Positions 61,876 to 64,000 of a DNA stretch of 64,000 bases are shown piece by piece. Both the position numbers and the translations under genes were made by a program. The stretch comes from Takakia lepidozioides (lineage: Eukaryota; Plantae; Bryophyta): positions 558,001-622,000 of the forward strand of contig CM060732.1 of the NCBI GenBank assembly GCA_030704615.1, in the 5' to 3' direction. Each line of letters starts with the position of its first letter. Positions within the stretch are counted from its first letter, which is position 1. The notes below the pieces were generated by a model, which saw nothing but the letters and a program-made list of their open reading frames with translations, had not been told where the DNA came from and searched no databases.

Positions 61876-64000
61876 CACTACAAGAGATGAGCGTTTTTAG
61901 GACTACGGCTTTGGCGGAGTCATAAAAACTGCACTAGGTACATGACTACAGAGCGCTGAAATGCATTACAGTTTTAGTTTTATGACTTTGTAGTAATGGA
62001 TATCACTACATGACTCCGGAAAGTTAGGGAGCATTGGTCAAACATTGTTGACCATGATGACAGGGATGGTTTATATGACTAGTGTGATATGTTTGACTAC
62101 ACGTGGACGACGTTTCATGGAATCTTATGACTCCATGACTGAAGATGGTTTCAGAGCTCTATTTATACGACTTCATCACTACACGTGTCATTTTGAAGGC
62201 ACATATAATGCAAATAAGGTTGCCCATTAAGTTTAAAAAAGTTAAAATTTTTGCTAATAAGGTTGCCCATTAGTGTAATCGTGAACAGAAAGGAGGGCTG
62301 GGACTTGGCGTCTTTTTGTCTCCTGCGCCACACCACATAGCTGAGGGATGGAACGCGATGATAGCAGGATATGCAGGGGCGTGGGAGGCGTTGAGCAAAT
62401 GATGCACGAAGGAGAAGAGGAGGAGGAGACGAGACGAGGAGAAGCGAGCTCGCCGTTCTTGGGAGAGTCAGCTTGGTCTTAGCAAGCGTGTTTCAATCTC
62501 TGACTACTCATCTACGCCGTAGTGGTTCGATCTGACAGACCAATCCGACATTACCTGACTACAGACACAAGCAGCACACACAAGAGGTCATCGGTCAAAT
62601 CCTCCATGGGTCAGGACAGGTCAAGGACAATGTGGTAGGGCACCTTCTTCTTCAACCTATTTCAGCCTGTGTTGCCCTCTCATCAGACTCGGCCGCAAGA
62701 TGCATATTGAATTATGTAAGTTAGGTCGTTGGGTAGATCTGTGGTGGTTTGGAGTGACTTTGGCAAGTTACTGCCAGTGTGGCAGCAGGGAAGTATCCAA
62801 AAACATATAATAGAGGTGAGGAGAAGCTTTGGGGTGAACACTTTCCGATCCCAATGGTGGGACAATGGAGACAAAAAGGCGAATGCCTGTTGGACTACAG
62901 AGAGAAGCAGATGCATTTCAGATTGTGATAAGTAGGGTTGGGGTGTTTTGGGGAAGAACTCCACACCAGTATGGTTGGGGTGTTTGCTGGTAGAATTGTA
63001 GGCTGTCAGAGGCATGGATAGCTGAAGGAGCAGGGATAGAGTGTGGGTCCAGATTCATCCAAGAGGGCTGGATTTCAAGCTCCACATTACCTATGATTCC
63101 CTGTGGAAGGATAGGTACAAGAAACCTACATGGGTAGATGGTCAACTGGAAGCTGCATGTTGTACTATATGTCATTACTGTACTATATGTCATTCCAGAG
63201 ACTGTCATTGTTGGTCCATGTGTTTTACAACAATGCTATCAATATAAGACTCCTGGTTCGCATTGGAAGCTCAATCCCTGCAAGTTCATTGTGTGTGAAG
63301 CTCAAACTTGTGATTTGAAGGATCTTGTAGCCAAGTTCATTCAACCGGAAAGGAAAAATTCTGAAAGCTCCCAAATTTGATGTGGGCAAGCTTATGGAGG
63401 TAAGACTTAGCTTCCCTCCTCTAATGTAAGTGTTGGATAAGTTTCATTTAGTGTCGACCTTCACTGCATATATTGGCTCTTTTCTTGGCTGGTTTCATAT
63501 TTTCTTGGCTGGTATGCTGTTGGTTGGCTTCTTTCATTTCACGTGTGTAGTGGAAGGGGAGAAGTACTTTCCTAAGTTCTGCTGCAACAATGTCTTTTTC
63601 TAGCCTAGATGTTTTCGATGGATACAAATTGAAGTGCTTTGAATGTTGCTGCAATACTATAATAAAGTGGAGGGTGCTGAATGCAGTTGGCCTTGCTTCG
63701 TGTAGGCATAATCCAGGGAAATGTGGACATAGCTGAAACCCCATGATAGCATTTCCAGAGGACGGTGTGGATGGCCTCACAATCCAGCATGCAAAATCCA
63801 TGACAATGTGGAGCTGGCTGAATGGGCAAACAGGTTAAGTGGCGAACAAGCCACGTCACTGGTACATAGTTGCATGCTTACATAGTACATGAAAGCGTAC
63901 TATATGTCATTCCCGAAATTGACCATGTTGGTCCATGTATTTTACAACAATGCTATCAATAAAAAACCAATGGTTCGCATTGGAAACTCTATCCCCGTAA
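61876..64000. mobile_element. Probable CACTA (En/Spm) element, left end
   Basis: CACTACAAGA at 61876-61885 followed by dispersed (AT)GACTAC/GACTCC subterminal repeats to ~62190; right end not in window. Confidence 0.6.
63180..64000. repeat. Diverged ~110-bp direct repeat (63180-63285 and 63898-64000)
   Basis: tactatatgtcattcc..gttggtccatgt.ttttacaacaatgctatcaat..tggttcgcattggaa occurs twice. Confidence 0.75.

Overview
Eukaryotic, most likely land-plant, heterochromatic DNA: GT-AG introns, Ty3/Gypsy and CACTA elements, one 500-N gap and no recognisable host gene. The exact taxon cannot be read from the sequence. The window is mainly a nest of large (~14-15 kb) Mutator-like DNA transposons from three related families, here called A, B and C. 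Five whole or partial copies are present: C 430-6320, B' 6321-11912, A' 17620-21330, B'' ~25000-30494, and A 32738-61610 with a B copy nested inside it. All share one layout: short (~21 bp) imperfect TIRs with GCTCA(T/C)G subterminal repeats; 8-9 bp TSDs; a GCM-like Zn domain + MULE DDE + SWIM transposase; and, transcribed divergently, a long multi-exon cargo gene fusing a ParB/Srx-like domain (DGNHRLLA = GxxRxxA) to a beta-class amino (N6A/N4C) DNA-methyltransferase-like domain (IILDIPDG ... VLDLxxGTG). Each family also carries its own palindrome arrays built on a shared TGCG-N4-CGCA core, placed in introns and intergenic DNA. Family B adds a head-to-head pair of paralogous ~190-aa genes of unknown function. 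The best candidate for an undescribed system is a transposon-encoded ParB/parS-like DNA-modifying or anti-silencing module. A TSD-supported ~13.3 kb inversion scrambles the A/B nest. Most coding sequences carry stops or frameshifts. Domain calls come from motif recognition by eye, not from database searches.
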